From: Trypanosoma brucei
Lineage: Eukaryota
Direction of reading: 5' to 3'
NCBI GenBank assembly: GCA_000002445.1
Contig: CH464491.1
Coordinates: 4,320,001-4,384,000, forward strand
DNA: 64,000 bases
Below, piece after piece: positions 42,985 through 52,984 of the stretch; position 1 is the first letter of the stretch; each line of letters opens with the position of its first letter. The notes beneath the pieces were generated by a model that was not told the DNA's origin, did no database searches, and saw nothing but the letters and a program-made list of their open reading frames with translations. Made by a program: the position numbers and the translations under genes.

Positions 42985-44889
42985 TCATTCAACACCCGCA
43001 ATCGCCCCGGCGCTTTGCCACTGGTGGTACTCAGCGACGAAAATCAATGCGCTCCCCGCCATCATGAGGATACTGCCGGTTGCCTCAAGCGGCCAAAACA
43101 CGACAGAATCGAGCAGAAGACGGGAAATTAGCAAAGAAATTGCACCACCGAAAACAAAACTACCCGGGACACAAAGCCGGCTAAAGAAGGGGGAACTACA
43201 GTGATAAATCAAATGATATAAAACCAAAAAGAACACGCTAAAGAGAACCGAGGAAAAGTCCGTCATAACTAACACAAAGAGTGAAGATTGGGTGGACTGC
43301 GTCGGTAGTGAGAAGCCACCAGAGGCATAGGATGCTAAAGCCAGCATCAGCGTTACCGTGACGAGAGTAACAAAAGAAAGAAACAGGCCACTCACCTCCC
43401 TTCCCACACTTCGAAACTGAAAGAGATAAACGCACATAGCAGCGCCACCGCTGATTGCTATGGCAACGGGCCAAAGACATCTAAAAGTCACGTCGTCACC
43501 TTCAACAAAACACCCAATGACGAGTGCAGCAAAGGCCCACACGATGAGAATGGAAGCCATAGTACTCAAAAGTGGAACATTGTGTAGCTTGAGCACCTCA
43601 TAGAGGTGAGTTCCAACAAAAGGGCAGCAACAGAAACAGACGAAACCAACCGCACTGTTAGTAAACATAAACATGCAAACAAGTGACAAAGTGGCAAGCG
43701 CACCGCAAAAAGCGACACACATAACACGCGAAATACCGCTGCAGCTACTTATCACATCTACCTCCTCACGGCCTGGGCGCCACAGCAGTGCTAAAAAAAG
43801 CAACATGATCAACGAAGCAAGTCCGCTGGACACGAAGTCTACGAGCGACACGGCAGTAATGCGTTCTATCCCCTCCCTTGGGCCTGCAATAACAGCGATT
43901 ACACCCCAATGAAGCACAAACAAGGTAACAGCAATGAACAAGCCTGCCAGCGCCAGCCATGGGTAGTGGGACTCTACTATCACTTGAATTTCATTGTGGG
44001 TTTCCACAAACGACACAGACCCAACAACTGTCTCTGAGAATCGGACCCTTTTTACTTTCTTCCCAGGGGTGCGAGGTGTCGGACCCTCGGCAGGGCCCTC
44101 AGTGCCTTTCAGACTGTTTTTAGGTAAGTGGTCGCGAAATAACAGTGGCTCCAAGTAGTCAGGCACACCATCTGTGTAGTTAACCCGAGGGACCCCTTCG
44201 GTGACCTTCAGCCCCCGCCACCCCACATCATACGAAGAAGAACCGTCCTTCTCTTCTCGGATGTCGGGCCACAACCAGCAACAATTCGGTGGCAATGGTG
44301 CACTTTTGACCACGTCCCTTTCTTTTCGCCCATTTCCAGGGTGCTGCCACGGAGTGATCACCGGACTGACAGTAAAAGCCGGTGTGAAGTCCCCCCCCGC
44401 GGCTCTGTCGTCCCGCTGATAACACCAACTCACCCTCAGTTCCTGAGTATCATGAAGCAATGGCGACCCGTAACCAACCCCATATTCCATTGAACGAACG
44501 CTATCAGCTACTGGTGTGACACTTGATGTCTTCACCCTACTGTATTCGGCTCCATCACAATCGTTGACATAACTGATCCTGTCGACATCGCAACCACCAG
44601 TTCTGCCGCTACCACCACCGCCATCGCCACAATAAACATCGCTAATGACTCCATGGCGGCCATCAGCCTCGCTTGTAGCCCTTGCAAACGTAGAACAATG
44701 TCCAGAAATAGATGTTTCAGGTGATACCGTATCCGGCGAAGCGAGGGCCACGTACGCCGTCTCCCTACCAATCGTGTAGGGAAGGTACCGCTCAATCTCA
44801 TTGTGACGCCAGGGGGAAGTTGTTTCTTCTTCAATAACGGAGCTAACGCATGACACCCCATCCCTGGACTCACTTTCCCGGGCGCTCAT
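42985..44889 (-). CDS. Polytopic membrane protein (~10 TM) with a ~330-aa N-terminal soluble domain (track ORF extends to 45018)
   Basis: C-terminal two thirds are hydrophobic helices (YPWLALAGLFIAVTLFVLHWGVIAVIAG..., ...SILMMAGSALIFVAEY). The first 43 track codons run through (TA)n (MHIYIYIYLW...), so the ATG at 44887-44889 (MSARESESRDG) is preferred. Confidence 0.65.
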   Translation of the reverse strand: MSARESESRDGVSCVSSVIEEETTSPWRHNEIERYLPYTIGRETAYVALASPDTVSPETSISGHCSTFARATSEADGRHGVISDVYCGDGGGGSGRTGGCDVDRISYVNDCDGAEYSRVKTSSVTPVADSVRSMEYGVGYGSPLLHDTQELRVSWCYQRDDRAAGGDFTPAFTVSPVITPWQHPGNGRKERDVVKSAPLPPNCCWLWPDIREEKDGSSSYDVGWRGLKVTEGVPRVNYTDGVPDYLEPLLFRDHLPKNSLKGTEGPAEGPTPRTPGKKVKRVRFSETVVGSVSFVETHNEIQVIVESHYPWLALAGLFIAVTLFVLHWGVIAVIAGPREGIERITAVSLVDFVSSGLASLIMLLFLALLWRPGREEVDVISSCSGISRVMCVAFCGALATLSLVCMFMFTNSAVGFVCFCCCPFVGTHLYEVLKLHNVPLLSTMASILIVWAFAALVIGCFVEGDDVTFRCLWPVAIAISGGAAMCVYLFQFRSVGREVSGLFLSFVTLVTVTLMLALASYASGGFSLPTQSTQSSLFVLVMTDFSSVLFSVFFLVLYHLIYHCSSPFFSRLCVPGSFVFGGAISLLISRLLLDSVVFWPLEATGSILMMAGSALIFVAEYHQWQSAGAIAGVE

Positions 44890-44892
44890 AGA

Positions 44893-44903
44893 CCCCCCCC
44901 CCC
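44893..44903 (-). repeat. G11 homopolymer (mRNA sense), 4 nt upstream of the likely ATG at 44889
   Basis: ccccccccccc on plus strand, immediately 5' of tatgagcgcc (minus-strand ATG). Confidence 0.9.
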
Positions 44904-45757
44904 AGGGACTAGAAAAGTTTCCGCACCCGCCACGGTAAATGCGCCCCAATATTGGGGTATTTACGATTGAGTAAACAACTGATCGTGCCCACAGGTATAT
45001 ATATATATATATATGCACTTATTAATGCGTGCTCTCTTGTGCGGAATATTGAAAAAAAACAAAAGAAAAAAGAAAATACAAGTTGGCACAATTTTAAACC
45101 GGAACCGCACCCCTACTGTGGTGCCAGGGACCAAACGAAGAGTGGGGAAACACGTAAATAAATTAAAAAGGAAGGAAACGGGATGGTACTTCCCTCACCC
45201 GTTGCACTGCAAATAAGTGTACACACAAATATGTGAATGTGCACACCGAATGATGATTCAGGCAGTCCCCATCGAAGCGGTGACAAGAAGAAAAGGTCAC
45301 GTCCCAAAGGGGACACCCCGTAGAGAGGCTCACACGCAAGTCACAGAAAGAAGAAGAGCCCCGGCGCTTCGGTCAACAGCTAAAGAAGTAGAAAAATTAA
45401 AGTTTTTGAAGAGGGCTAAGAACTAAACAACACAACGAGTCGAAAATATGGCATTTATCACGCGCATCGCTCCTCCCACAACCACAGAACAATAAGAGAG
45501 AGAAGGGTTTTTTCTTTTTCATTGGTGCATTCGCTTTCGGAAAGAAAGCCTTGAAAGAAGTAAAGGAGAGACAACATGTAAAAAAAAGGGGGGCGGAATA
45601 AAAGTGGATCAAGGGGGAATGAGCAATAGTTCGTACGAATGCCCACAACTCAATGAGTAGAGGGGGGCGAAAAAGCAGAAAAGAAAAACCTGCACAATCG
45701 CAAAAAAAAAAGAGCGCGTGCTTCTTACCAAACAAGGGAGCCGCTTGTGGCTTATTA

Positions 45758-48700
45758 CTATTGTGCCAAATGGAGATGTACGTCAACCGCATCATGAACG
45801 CAGGAAAAGTCCATTTCCAACAAGTGCCTCACATATGGTTCATCCCACCCATCCGTTAATCGCATGTACGTCAGTAGTTGTTGCTGTTCCGTTGCACACC
45901 CAGTGAGAGTCGTCAAATCCCTCGTTTGAGCGAGCAGGAGCAAAGCTGCAGCACACGTTTGAGTGCCTCTCGGCCCCCCATTCAAAATAGAAGGGCCGTG
46001 CAGAAACGGCCGCTGAAACCCCGACCAGCACATCGGGACAACACCGTTCGATGTAAACTGGCCTTTCAAATCGCAAATAACAGACGTCGGTGATACTTCG
46101 CTCCCCACGAGGCGCTGAACTAATGGTACGAACGTGGGTGAAATCTCAGTGGTCGAAGCAAGACCAGCTGTCACATTCAAATCATCCATAAAGACCCAGC
46201 GAAATGGCGCAATGACTTCTGGCACGATAACAACAGCGAAATGGAGAACCTTGAGGCACTCCAACTGAAGCTGTAACAGGTTCTCTTGTGATTCATCGAC
46301 GCGGCGGCTTCCACCGTTCTTCACTTCAGCGCCAACATCTGAATGAGTAAATGTTTCCGACAGCGCCCTCGCTATCTCTGGCAGAACAAGAGGCCAAAAT
46401 GGCTGCAGCAGCGCTGGATCCAACTTGGTTAGCAGCACACGGAAAAGAAATATTGCCTGGTAAATTATCGCGTTACTACGGGAACGACGACCCGGCACCG
46501 CTGTTGAGGCGGTACGAACCACTTCGGTAAATTGCTCACGTAGAAGCAGGCAAAACTCCCTGTCTGACATGAGAATAGTGGATGGCATGGACGCCACATA
46601 GAAGGTCAGCCTCCGCATCTGCACCGCGCGCTGTAGCTGCTGCTGTTCTTCATTAGATGACTGATTCACAAGTCCAGCAAAGCGATTCGGTTGAGATGGC
46701 GACGGCGTGAAAAGCTGCGCCATCTCAGCGTGGAACGCACGATCTCGAGAGAGGCGAGCGAACAAATGGCCATAGTAATGCAATGAACGCTTGGGAAGGC
46801 GGAAGAAGTCCCAATTACAGGGACCATCCAAAAGCTCTTGACGGAGACGTCGCGGGACACTGTCACTTATGCTGACTGCCGCTAAGGCGACGCGCAAAGC
46901 CGCCCGCACGAGGGGCGTCCGTGCATGAGCATCCTCATCTATCTGGGCGTCAATGCCGAACGCAATTACAGGAAAAACGGAGCGCTTGCACATGTGAACT
47001 ACCGACGTTGTAACACGATCGTGCTCCAAAAGCAGACCACGCACAGCCCTAGGGAGCACACGAGCTACAACGTTGAGTACAAAGTAAAGAGCTTCAGGGT
47101 CAACCGAGGCTGTCTCCGACGCAATGCTACTAACGGCACTCAGTGAATCCAATATTTTACAAAGCACAGACAAGCAGCGTTTCTCTTTTCCCCAAGCCGA
47201 AGAAGAAACGACCACTACCTCACTCTCTTCAGTAGTGCCCTCGGGAGGTAAAAAGTGGGAAAGACACAAAAGCATGAATGCAAGCGTCGGAACCGAAACT
47301 GCGCCGGCGGTTAGTCGAGCGTGGAAGCAGCTCATCATCACGGTCAGTACCTGCGGCATGTCATCCGCTGGTGTACGCCAAACACGCATAAATGTATGAA
47401 CGAAGTAGAGAGCGGCAGCATCGAAAGCTAACCCGGACCCGAAAACCTCACACTGGGAGGCGACAAGCGGTGCAACAGACTGTGGTTCCGCAAGAATCTC
47501 CGTCACAGCATTAATCAGCGCGAGAGCAGATGTTGAAGCCCCTGCTCCCAATAAAAGTCCCATTGACTCTGCTTCTGACAGTAACGCAGGCGAGATATCA
47601 AGTTTGGGTGCAGCCGAAATGATGGTAAGGAGAGCAACGTCCTCACCATCATTCCCCTTGCCTACTGTTGTAGCGTCTGAACCCGACCCACTGTTATTAT
47701 AACCCAGATCACTAGTCATAGACTCTTTCACCAACTCATTAAGTTGATGCACGTGCTCTTCCGCCCAAACACTGACAAAAATTCGGAAAAAATCTATCGG
47801 TATCGTTTCGCGACAAAAAAGTAGCACGCGATGGATTGCAGTTTCCACCAGAAACGCTGCTGCTGCCTCTGCAGTGATGCTGGCCTCAGAGGGGAGAACT
47901 CTTTTCCCTAATGCTGGGTCATCACGATCATCCTGTTGGCTTTGTTTGGACCTCAGCTGTGGTGCTGCTTCTCGATATTTTTTAACGCACAGGTGAACCT
48001 TACACAACGTAGCTACAATCTGCTGTATGGATTCTCGCATTACTTCTGTGCACTCCACGGCTCGCTCCACAACCTTGTGCACTATCCGTGGTGAAGCAGA
48101 CGCAAAAAGCATACGTGAGGAGAACCAGCCGGACCCAGTGTCCCCTGACTTCGCGTCGATGCTATCTTGAGCAGCAGTGGTTGCGCTTCCTGCTGCGAAG
48201 TAGTATTCAAGCACACCAAAAATCCCCTTCAAACACACCTCTACCACCCTCAAAGTCGTGCAATCCCTCAGCGACGAAGTTGTCCTCGCCTGCTGCTCAA
48301 TAACATGTATAAACGTCTGCAAAACACGCGAACAAACCTCTTCGCGCCGCTCGTGCAGGAAAGGCATAAGCCCAAGCAATGTGTCGCACCAAACGTTAAG
48401 AAGATCACGATCGGACCGGCCATGCGGGAGCAACGCTCGTGCCGCTGCCCGCTCAACTCCAATCTCCACTGTTTCGCAAAACAAGTCCATCCTCAGTGCG
48501 GATGCGCAACGACACACTACAACACTCTTATTTTCAGGAGAAGAATGCGACTCTGCAGGGCTCACATTACTAATAAGCCTCACCGAGTCCAACAGGTGTT
48601 GCAGCATGGCTATTTGCTCTGGAGGGAACAAACGGCACCGTACGACTTCGTGGAGGAGTTCGAGTATTCTTTTGGAAACGGAACCCCACGTGTTTATAAC

Positions 48701-51700
48701 CATCCTCGGCAACTGTATTAAACTCTGACTTTTCTGCAGCATCATTGTCAGTGCCTCAACAGCAGCCACGCCCAATTCTCCACCACGCCATATACCATCT
48801 GTACTTGTTTCGCTAAACCGAGGAGATAGGTTTTGGTACGCTATGCCCAGAAGCACCTGCACGAGTGCGGCAAAAGCGGAACCCACTACCACCGACTCAC
48901 CGTTCGTCTCACCTTCAACATCCCCCGACGTGTCGGAGCGTGCATTGTGGACGGGCATTGAAAGAAGTGGCAACCGAGACCCCATGTATGCTGGAGCGGG
49001 AAGCTTACACATATTAAGAAGCAGTTGCGGGGAAGAGGCAGGGTTACTCAATATACACCCAACAACTCGAACAAACTCAGCGGGTTTCAACTGATTTACT
49101 TCGTAATCCCTGAGCTCCTGATTGCTGTAAGTTGGGAGATCATCCGGCTTCTTCTCGACTCCACCACAGCTCTCAGCCGCTGGGTTGAAGCACACAAGCT
49201 GTCGGGTAAGTGAAATAAGTAATGGGTTCAATAACCGGTGAAGATACGGAATAAACTGTCGTACTGTGGACTGAGCTATCCACCTCAGTGAAGGATCATT
49301 ATGCTCTAGGGCCCGCAACAACATATACAAGCCAGGAAGAAAGAGGTTCTGCGGCGCCTCGCGTTCCGCCATCCAGAAGAATAGGATAGCAAGCCGTTCG
49401 CCGCACTCCACTGTATCCTCAACGGTAATGCCATCAAGTATTATCCGCGCTTCGTCATCTGCGTAAAGCTGCAGAAGTAGATCCACAACAGCAGGTTGCA
49501 TGCCCTCGCTACATATCCCCAATAGGTGCCACACACGTGGCACAAGCTGCGCCTTCAGCTCGCGGTTTTCGCGCATACTTTCACCAAACTGAGTGGGAGA
49601 ATCAATGGACTTCGAAAAGTCGACAAATAACTGCAGTGAGTCCCGCTGGACAGCCAAAGATGGAGAGCTCGCTGCGGCAGAAGTAACTGAATGCAGCCAG
49701 CCATCAAGCACGTCGTCACAAAGTTCGCACCTCCCCCATCCTGAAGAAATAACACGAGAGAGAAGAGTGAGGACACCGTCATTGACCCGAACAAGCAACT
49801 CCCTCCGCTCCGCGGCATGATAGGCAACAAGCTTTGTCAAAACGCTAGCGCTCTCCGTCATGATAGTTAGTAGTTTTATCTCACTTTCCTTATCGGGCAT
49901 AGTGTTCCCCATAGGATCCACGTCACTCGGCAAAGCCAATATGATATCGGTGAAGAGCAAATTGAACACTTGAAAGGACCCTTCCACCAAACAAAGGGAC
50001 ACCTCCAGTGGAGACACCATTCCACAAGCACCTGGAACCTCCGGTGCCGTAGCATGAGTAAGAGCTGAGGTGCTTGCACTGCGCAAAATACCACAGAGCG
50101 ACTGGCAGATTGCAAAAATCTCACAACGGAAAGCGGCGATCTGTTTCGCACTCCGCCGAAGCGGTACGATGGCATGTTTCTGAAGAAGGGATGCCATTCC
50201 TTTCAACTGCAAAAACCTCGATTGCAGCTTTTCAAGATAGTGTTGGTCCATACGGAACTGACGAAAGAGCCCTTGGCTGTTATCCGCTTGTGGTAACTGC
50301 TGCAAATCTGAAGAAGGCGGGCATCCTGTACTCGACGCGGCGGCACACCCTGACACATCCAGTGCAGTTGAAAGGGAAGTGGAAGCCAGGGGGGTCGAAC
50401 CATCCGCAAGTTGGTCTGCACTGTTTTCCAACAGAAAGACAATTCCACGTTTGTGGTTGACAAAGTATTCCCATGAAACTGACGCGAAGAAGGCATCTAG
50501 TACCGTTTCGACGCAGTCCACTTGCAGGGAACCTCTATTCATAAGAGCCTCCATGGAAACGAGCAAATCGCAAGCATAGGGCATAACCAATGGAACAAGA
50601 TGTTCTTTGAATGGAGTGCTCGCAAAACAAGGACCCATACCATCATACTCATCATAACTGTTAGCATCCCGACTGATCAAACTACTTCCGCTGCTCATTA
50701 TGTCGTCACCATCATGCATGTCACTGCCAACAACGGCCTTGAAGAGCACAACCAACGCCCTCAGCCATGTGATTGGCAATATATACGGGCTCATAGACTC
50801 ACCGCACTTCTTTTCACTACTATCTGTACTCAGCACAGCAGCAGACTTACATGCAGTAACGTGCAGTACATAATAGCACGATCGCTCCAAGACGCTAGCT
50901 CCAGTTACATTTGTCGACTGTTGCTGGACGGGTGATTCACCGAAGTGCAACTTCCACCAAGAGACAAATTGGTGGAATGCCTGTGCTACGTGAAAAGACG
51001 AAACCTCACGAATGAACTGAGAAGCAATATCAGGGAAAGGTCCCATCAACCACTCCACAACGCGCCGTTGAGTACTGTTGCTGCTATCCGGTGCTCCCAA
51101 CTGTTGAACCACAGCGCTCACCAAAAGCGACTTCTCGGCGAAGGTGAGCAAAGCAGTGTCATTCAGCGGAAACGCTATTATGAGAAGGTCAAGCATGAGC
51201 CTTCGTGTTCTTTCGTTCTGCTCCTGCAGAGTCGCGAATATAGAGCTGAAAACAAGACGAAGATCATTCCCAAAAAATGCGGGGGGTGCAGCTGAGTGGT
51301 TAAATCCGCTACCAATTCCCTGTTCAACCGCATGAACGCCAAAAGTAACTTCATCATCTCCATCGCCGCCGGGAATGCGATTTACCGCCTCATCAAGCTG
51401 TTGCTTCAGGTACTGCAGAGCAGAGCCGCGCAGCGAAGGCGAATTCTTCAGTGTAAACCACAAAACGCGGTATACAGCGGCATCGCCACAACGAAGCACA
51501 CTTTCAGGTGGTTTCCCACTGTCCGCAGACGACTCACCAAACTCTTCATCACGATCACGTTTGGCTGACGCCTCTGCCGCAGCGTAAGTTTTTATGATAT
51601 CGTGTATGTTCCCCATGAGCTTCAATGAGAGGCGGTACACTTCACTTTCTCCACCCTCTTCTAAACCACCTAGCAAAGCGGGAATGATACCTGGTAGCTG

Positions 51701-52165
51701 CAATGCAACTACTTCGGCGGGCAACTCACGTAGCATATTTACGTCAACAAAGTTAAGCAACTCGCACTTCACTTGTAACGAACAACGAGGCAAGAGATTA
51801 AGCACGGCGGCCAGTACCAACGGCATATGCTGCACAAGCGGGAGTGCTCCTAAGCGTTCAGAAAGGCGCTGCAGCACTTCCAGTGCTTTCCTGTGCACTC
51901 CCATCACCCCTTTCGGGTCAAGACACTTGTATATAACACGGCACAGCAATGTGGTATCCAGCGCAGACCCCACTGCCAATTCGACATTTGCCTCCAGGCA
52001 CTTCAAAAGTTGCGTGAGAGATGTCGAGAGGCCCGACCAATTTGACATGGGGGTGCGATCCATTGTCTGTAGTATTTTCAACACCTCACCATTGTACTTG
52101 GTAGCTCGTCGTGATACCTGCTGACTTGAAGTTGTTCCGTCTGGTTGCTGCTGCTGCTGCGACAT
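45758..52165 (-). CDS. Giant (2135 aa) Dopey/DOP1-like protein
   Basis: N-terminal KYNGEVLKILQTMDRTPMSNWSGLSTSLTQLLKCLEANVEL...LCRVIYKCLDPKGVMGVHRKALEVLQRL aligns in order with the Dopey N-terminal domain (KYRxYxxxVEKAL...EWADLIsxLgKLxK...aqCLxPaLPsGVHlKALEty). Size and helical-repeat character fit the family. Confidence 0.55.
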   Translation of the reverse strand: MSQQQQQPDGTTSSQQVSRRATKYNGEVLKILQTMDRTPMSNWSGLSTSLTQLLKCLEANVELAVGSALDTTLLCRVIYKCLDPKGVMGVHRKALEVLQRLSERLGALPLVQHMPLVLAAVLNLLPRCSLQVKCELLNFVDVNMLRELPAEVVALQLPGIIPALLGGLEEGGESEVYRLSLKLMGNIHDIIKTYAAAEASAKRDRDEEFGESSADSGKPPESVLRCGDAAVYRVLWFTLKNSPSLRGSALQYLKQQLDEAVNRIPGGDGDDEVTFGVHAVEQGIGSGFNHSAAPPAFFGNDLRLVFSSIFATLQEQNERTRRLMLDLLIIAFPLNDTALLTFAEKSLLVSAVVQQLGAPDSSNSTQRRVVEWLMGPFPDIASQFIREVSSFHVAQAFHQFVSWWKLHFGESPVQQQSTNVTGASVLERSCYYVLHVTACKSAAVLSTDSSEKKCGESMSPYILPITWLRALVVLFKAVVGSDMHDGDDIMSSGSSLISRDANSYDEYDGMGPCFASTPFKEHLVPLVMPYACDLLVSMEALMNRGSLQVDCVETVLDAFFASVSWEYFVNHKRGIVFLLENSADQLADGSTPLASTSLSTALDVSGCAAASSTGCPPSSDLQQLPQADNSQGLFRQFRMDQHYLEKLQSRFLQLKGMASLLQKHAIVPLRRSAKQIAAFRCEIFAICQSLCGILRSASTSALTHATAPEVPGACGMVSPLEVSLCLVEGSFQVFNLLFTDIILALPSDVDPMGNTMPDKESEIKLLTIMTESASVLTKLVAYHAAERRELLVRVNDGVLTLLSRVISSGWGRCELCDDVLDGWLHSVTSAAASSPSLAVQRDSLQLFVDFSKSIDSPTQFGESMRENRELKAQLVPRVWHLLGICSEGMQPAVVDLLLQLYADDEARIILDGITVEDTVECGERLAILFFWMAEREAPQNLFLPGLYMLLRALEHNDPSLRWIAQSTVRQFIPYLHRLLNPLLISLTRQLVCFNPAAESCGGVEKKPDDLPTYSNQELRDYEVNQLKPAEFVRVVGCILSNPASSPQLLLNMCKLPAPAYMGSRLPLLSMPVHNARSDTSGDVEGETNGESVVVGSAFAALVQVLLGIAYQNLSPRFSETSTDGIWRGGELGVAAVEALTMMLQKSQSLIQLPRMVINTWGSVSKRILELLHEVVRCRLFPPEQIAMLQHLLDSVRLISNVSPAESHSSPENKSVVVCRCASALRMDLFCETVEIGVERAAARALLPHGRSDRDLLNVWCDTLLGLMPFLHERREEVCSRVLQTFIHVIEQQARTTSSLRDCTTLRVVEVCLKGIFGVLEYYFAAGSATTAAQDSIDAKSGDTGSGWFSSRMLFASASPRIVHKVVERAVECTEVMRESIQQIVATLCKVHLCVKKYREAAPQLRSKQSQQDDRDDPALGKRVLPSEASITAEAAAAFLVETAIHRVLLFCRETIPIDFFRIFVSVWAEEHVHQLNELVKESMTSDLGYNNSGSGSDATTVGKGNDGEDVALLTIISAAPKLDISPALLSEAESMGLLLGAGASTSALALINAVTEILAEPQSVAPLVASQCEVFGSGLAFDAAALYFVHTFMRVWRTPADDMPQVLTVMMSCFHARLTAGAVSVPTLAFMLLCLSHFLPPEGTTEESEVVVVSSSAWGKEKRCLSVLCKILDSLSAVSSIASETASVDPEALYFVLNVVARVLPRAVRGLLLEHDRVTTSVVHMCKRSVFPVIAFGIDAQIDEDAHARTPLVRAALRVALAAVSISDSVPRRLRQELLDGPCNWDFFRLPKRSLHYYGHLFARLSRDRAFHAEMAQLFTPSPSQPNRFAGLVNQSSNEEQQQLQRAVQMRRLTFYVASMPSTILMSDREFCLLLREQFTEVVRTASTAVPGRRSRSNAIIYQAIFLFRVLLTKLDPALLQPFWPLVLPEIARALSETFTHSDVGAEVKNGGSRRVDESQENLLQLQLECLKVLHFAVVIVPEVIAPFRWVFMDDLNVTAGLASTTEISPTFVPLVQRLVGSEVSPTSVICDLKGQFTSNGVVPMCWSGFQRPFLHGPSILNGGPRGTQTCAAALLLLAQTRDLTTLTGCATEQQQLLTYMRLTDGWDEPYVRHLLEMDFSCVHDAVDVHLHLAQ

Positions 52166-52964
52166 CCCAACTGCGGTAAACTAAGACAACTAAAACACCA
52201 ACGGAAGGATTCGGAAGAGTCAATAGTACTAATAATAGTGATAAAGTTTTCAATGATGAGGGAGAAGTACATAAGATGGAGGAAGAGAACCTTCAAGACA
52301 GTGATGGTGACAACAACCAAAGGTAAAGCATTTTCCACGCGGAAAAAAACATCGAAACAAAAAAGGGAAGATTTGGTTTGAGAAAAACAGGGAAGCAAAT
52401 ATATGGACGCACTACAGTGCTACGAACATCAGGATCCTCACGCTCATACACAACAAGAGAGAATAGTGTCTCCTCTCTCTCTTTTCAGCTCGACCAGCAT
52501 TTAAAACTGCATTGGCGCGATTCCCAGTCAAACTGCTGGGCGGTAGCACAACCTCCCGCTTTGCAATGAAAAAAAAAAGGAAGAAAGCGGGAAAAAGCTC
52601 TAGCACAGCGGGGGGAGGGGGGGAAACATCGTGCTTCCTGGTGGTATCAGTTCCCAAATACATATTTGTCAAGTACCCTTATTGATTTACGAGACGAACG
52701 AAAATAACACAACTTACGGGTGACCACATCGGCACTCAAACTTTAAGTTACCCGACAAAAAAAAAGAGCTAAGGGAAGCGCAAGGGTGCCCGTGAAGGCG
52801 ATGGTGCACGGCACACACACCTTTCAAACCACTTATGGATTCCATGCAGTGGACTCAAAAAAAAAAAGATAAATTCCTCCTTCCACCGTAACCACAGTCA
52901 CCCAAGCTAAATTGCCCCTCAAAGCAGCTTATAAGAAACTAGTGTGCAATTCTTTTTTTTCCTT

Positions 52965-52984
52965 CTGTGCGCACGTGCGCACAG
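52965..52984. other. Perfect 20-bp palindrome ctgtgcgcacgtgcgcacag in an intergenic spacer
   Basis: Reverse complement equals itself; contains a tandem duplication of the palindromic octamer GTGCGCAC. Confidence 0.9.
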
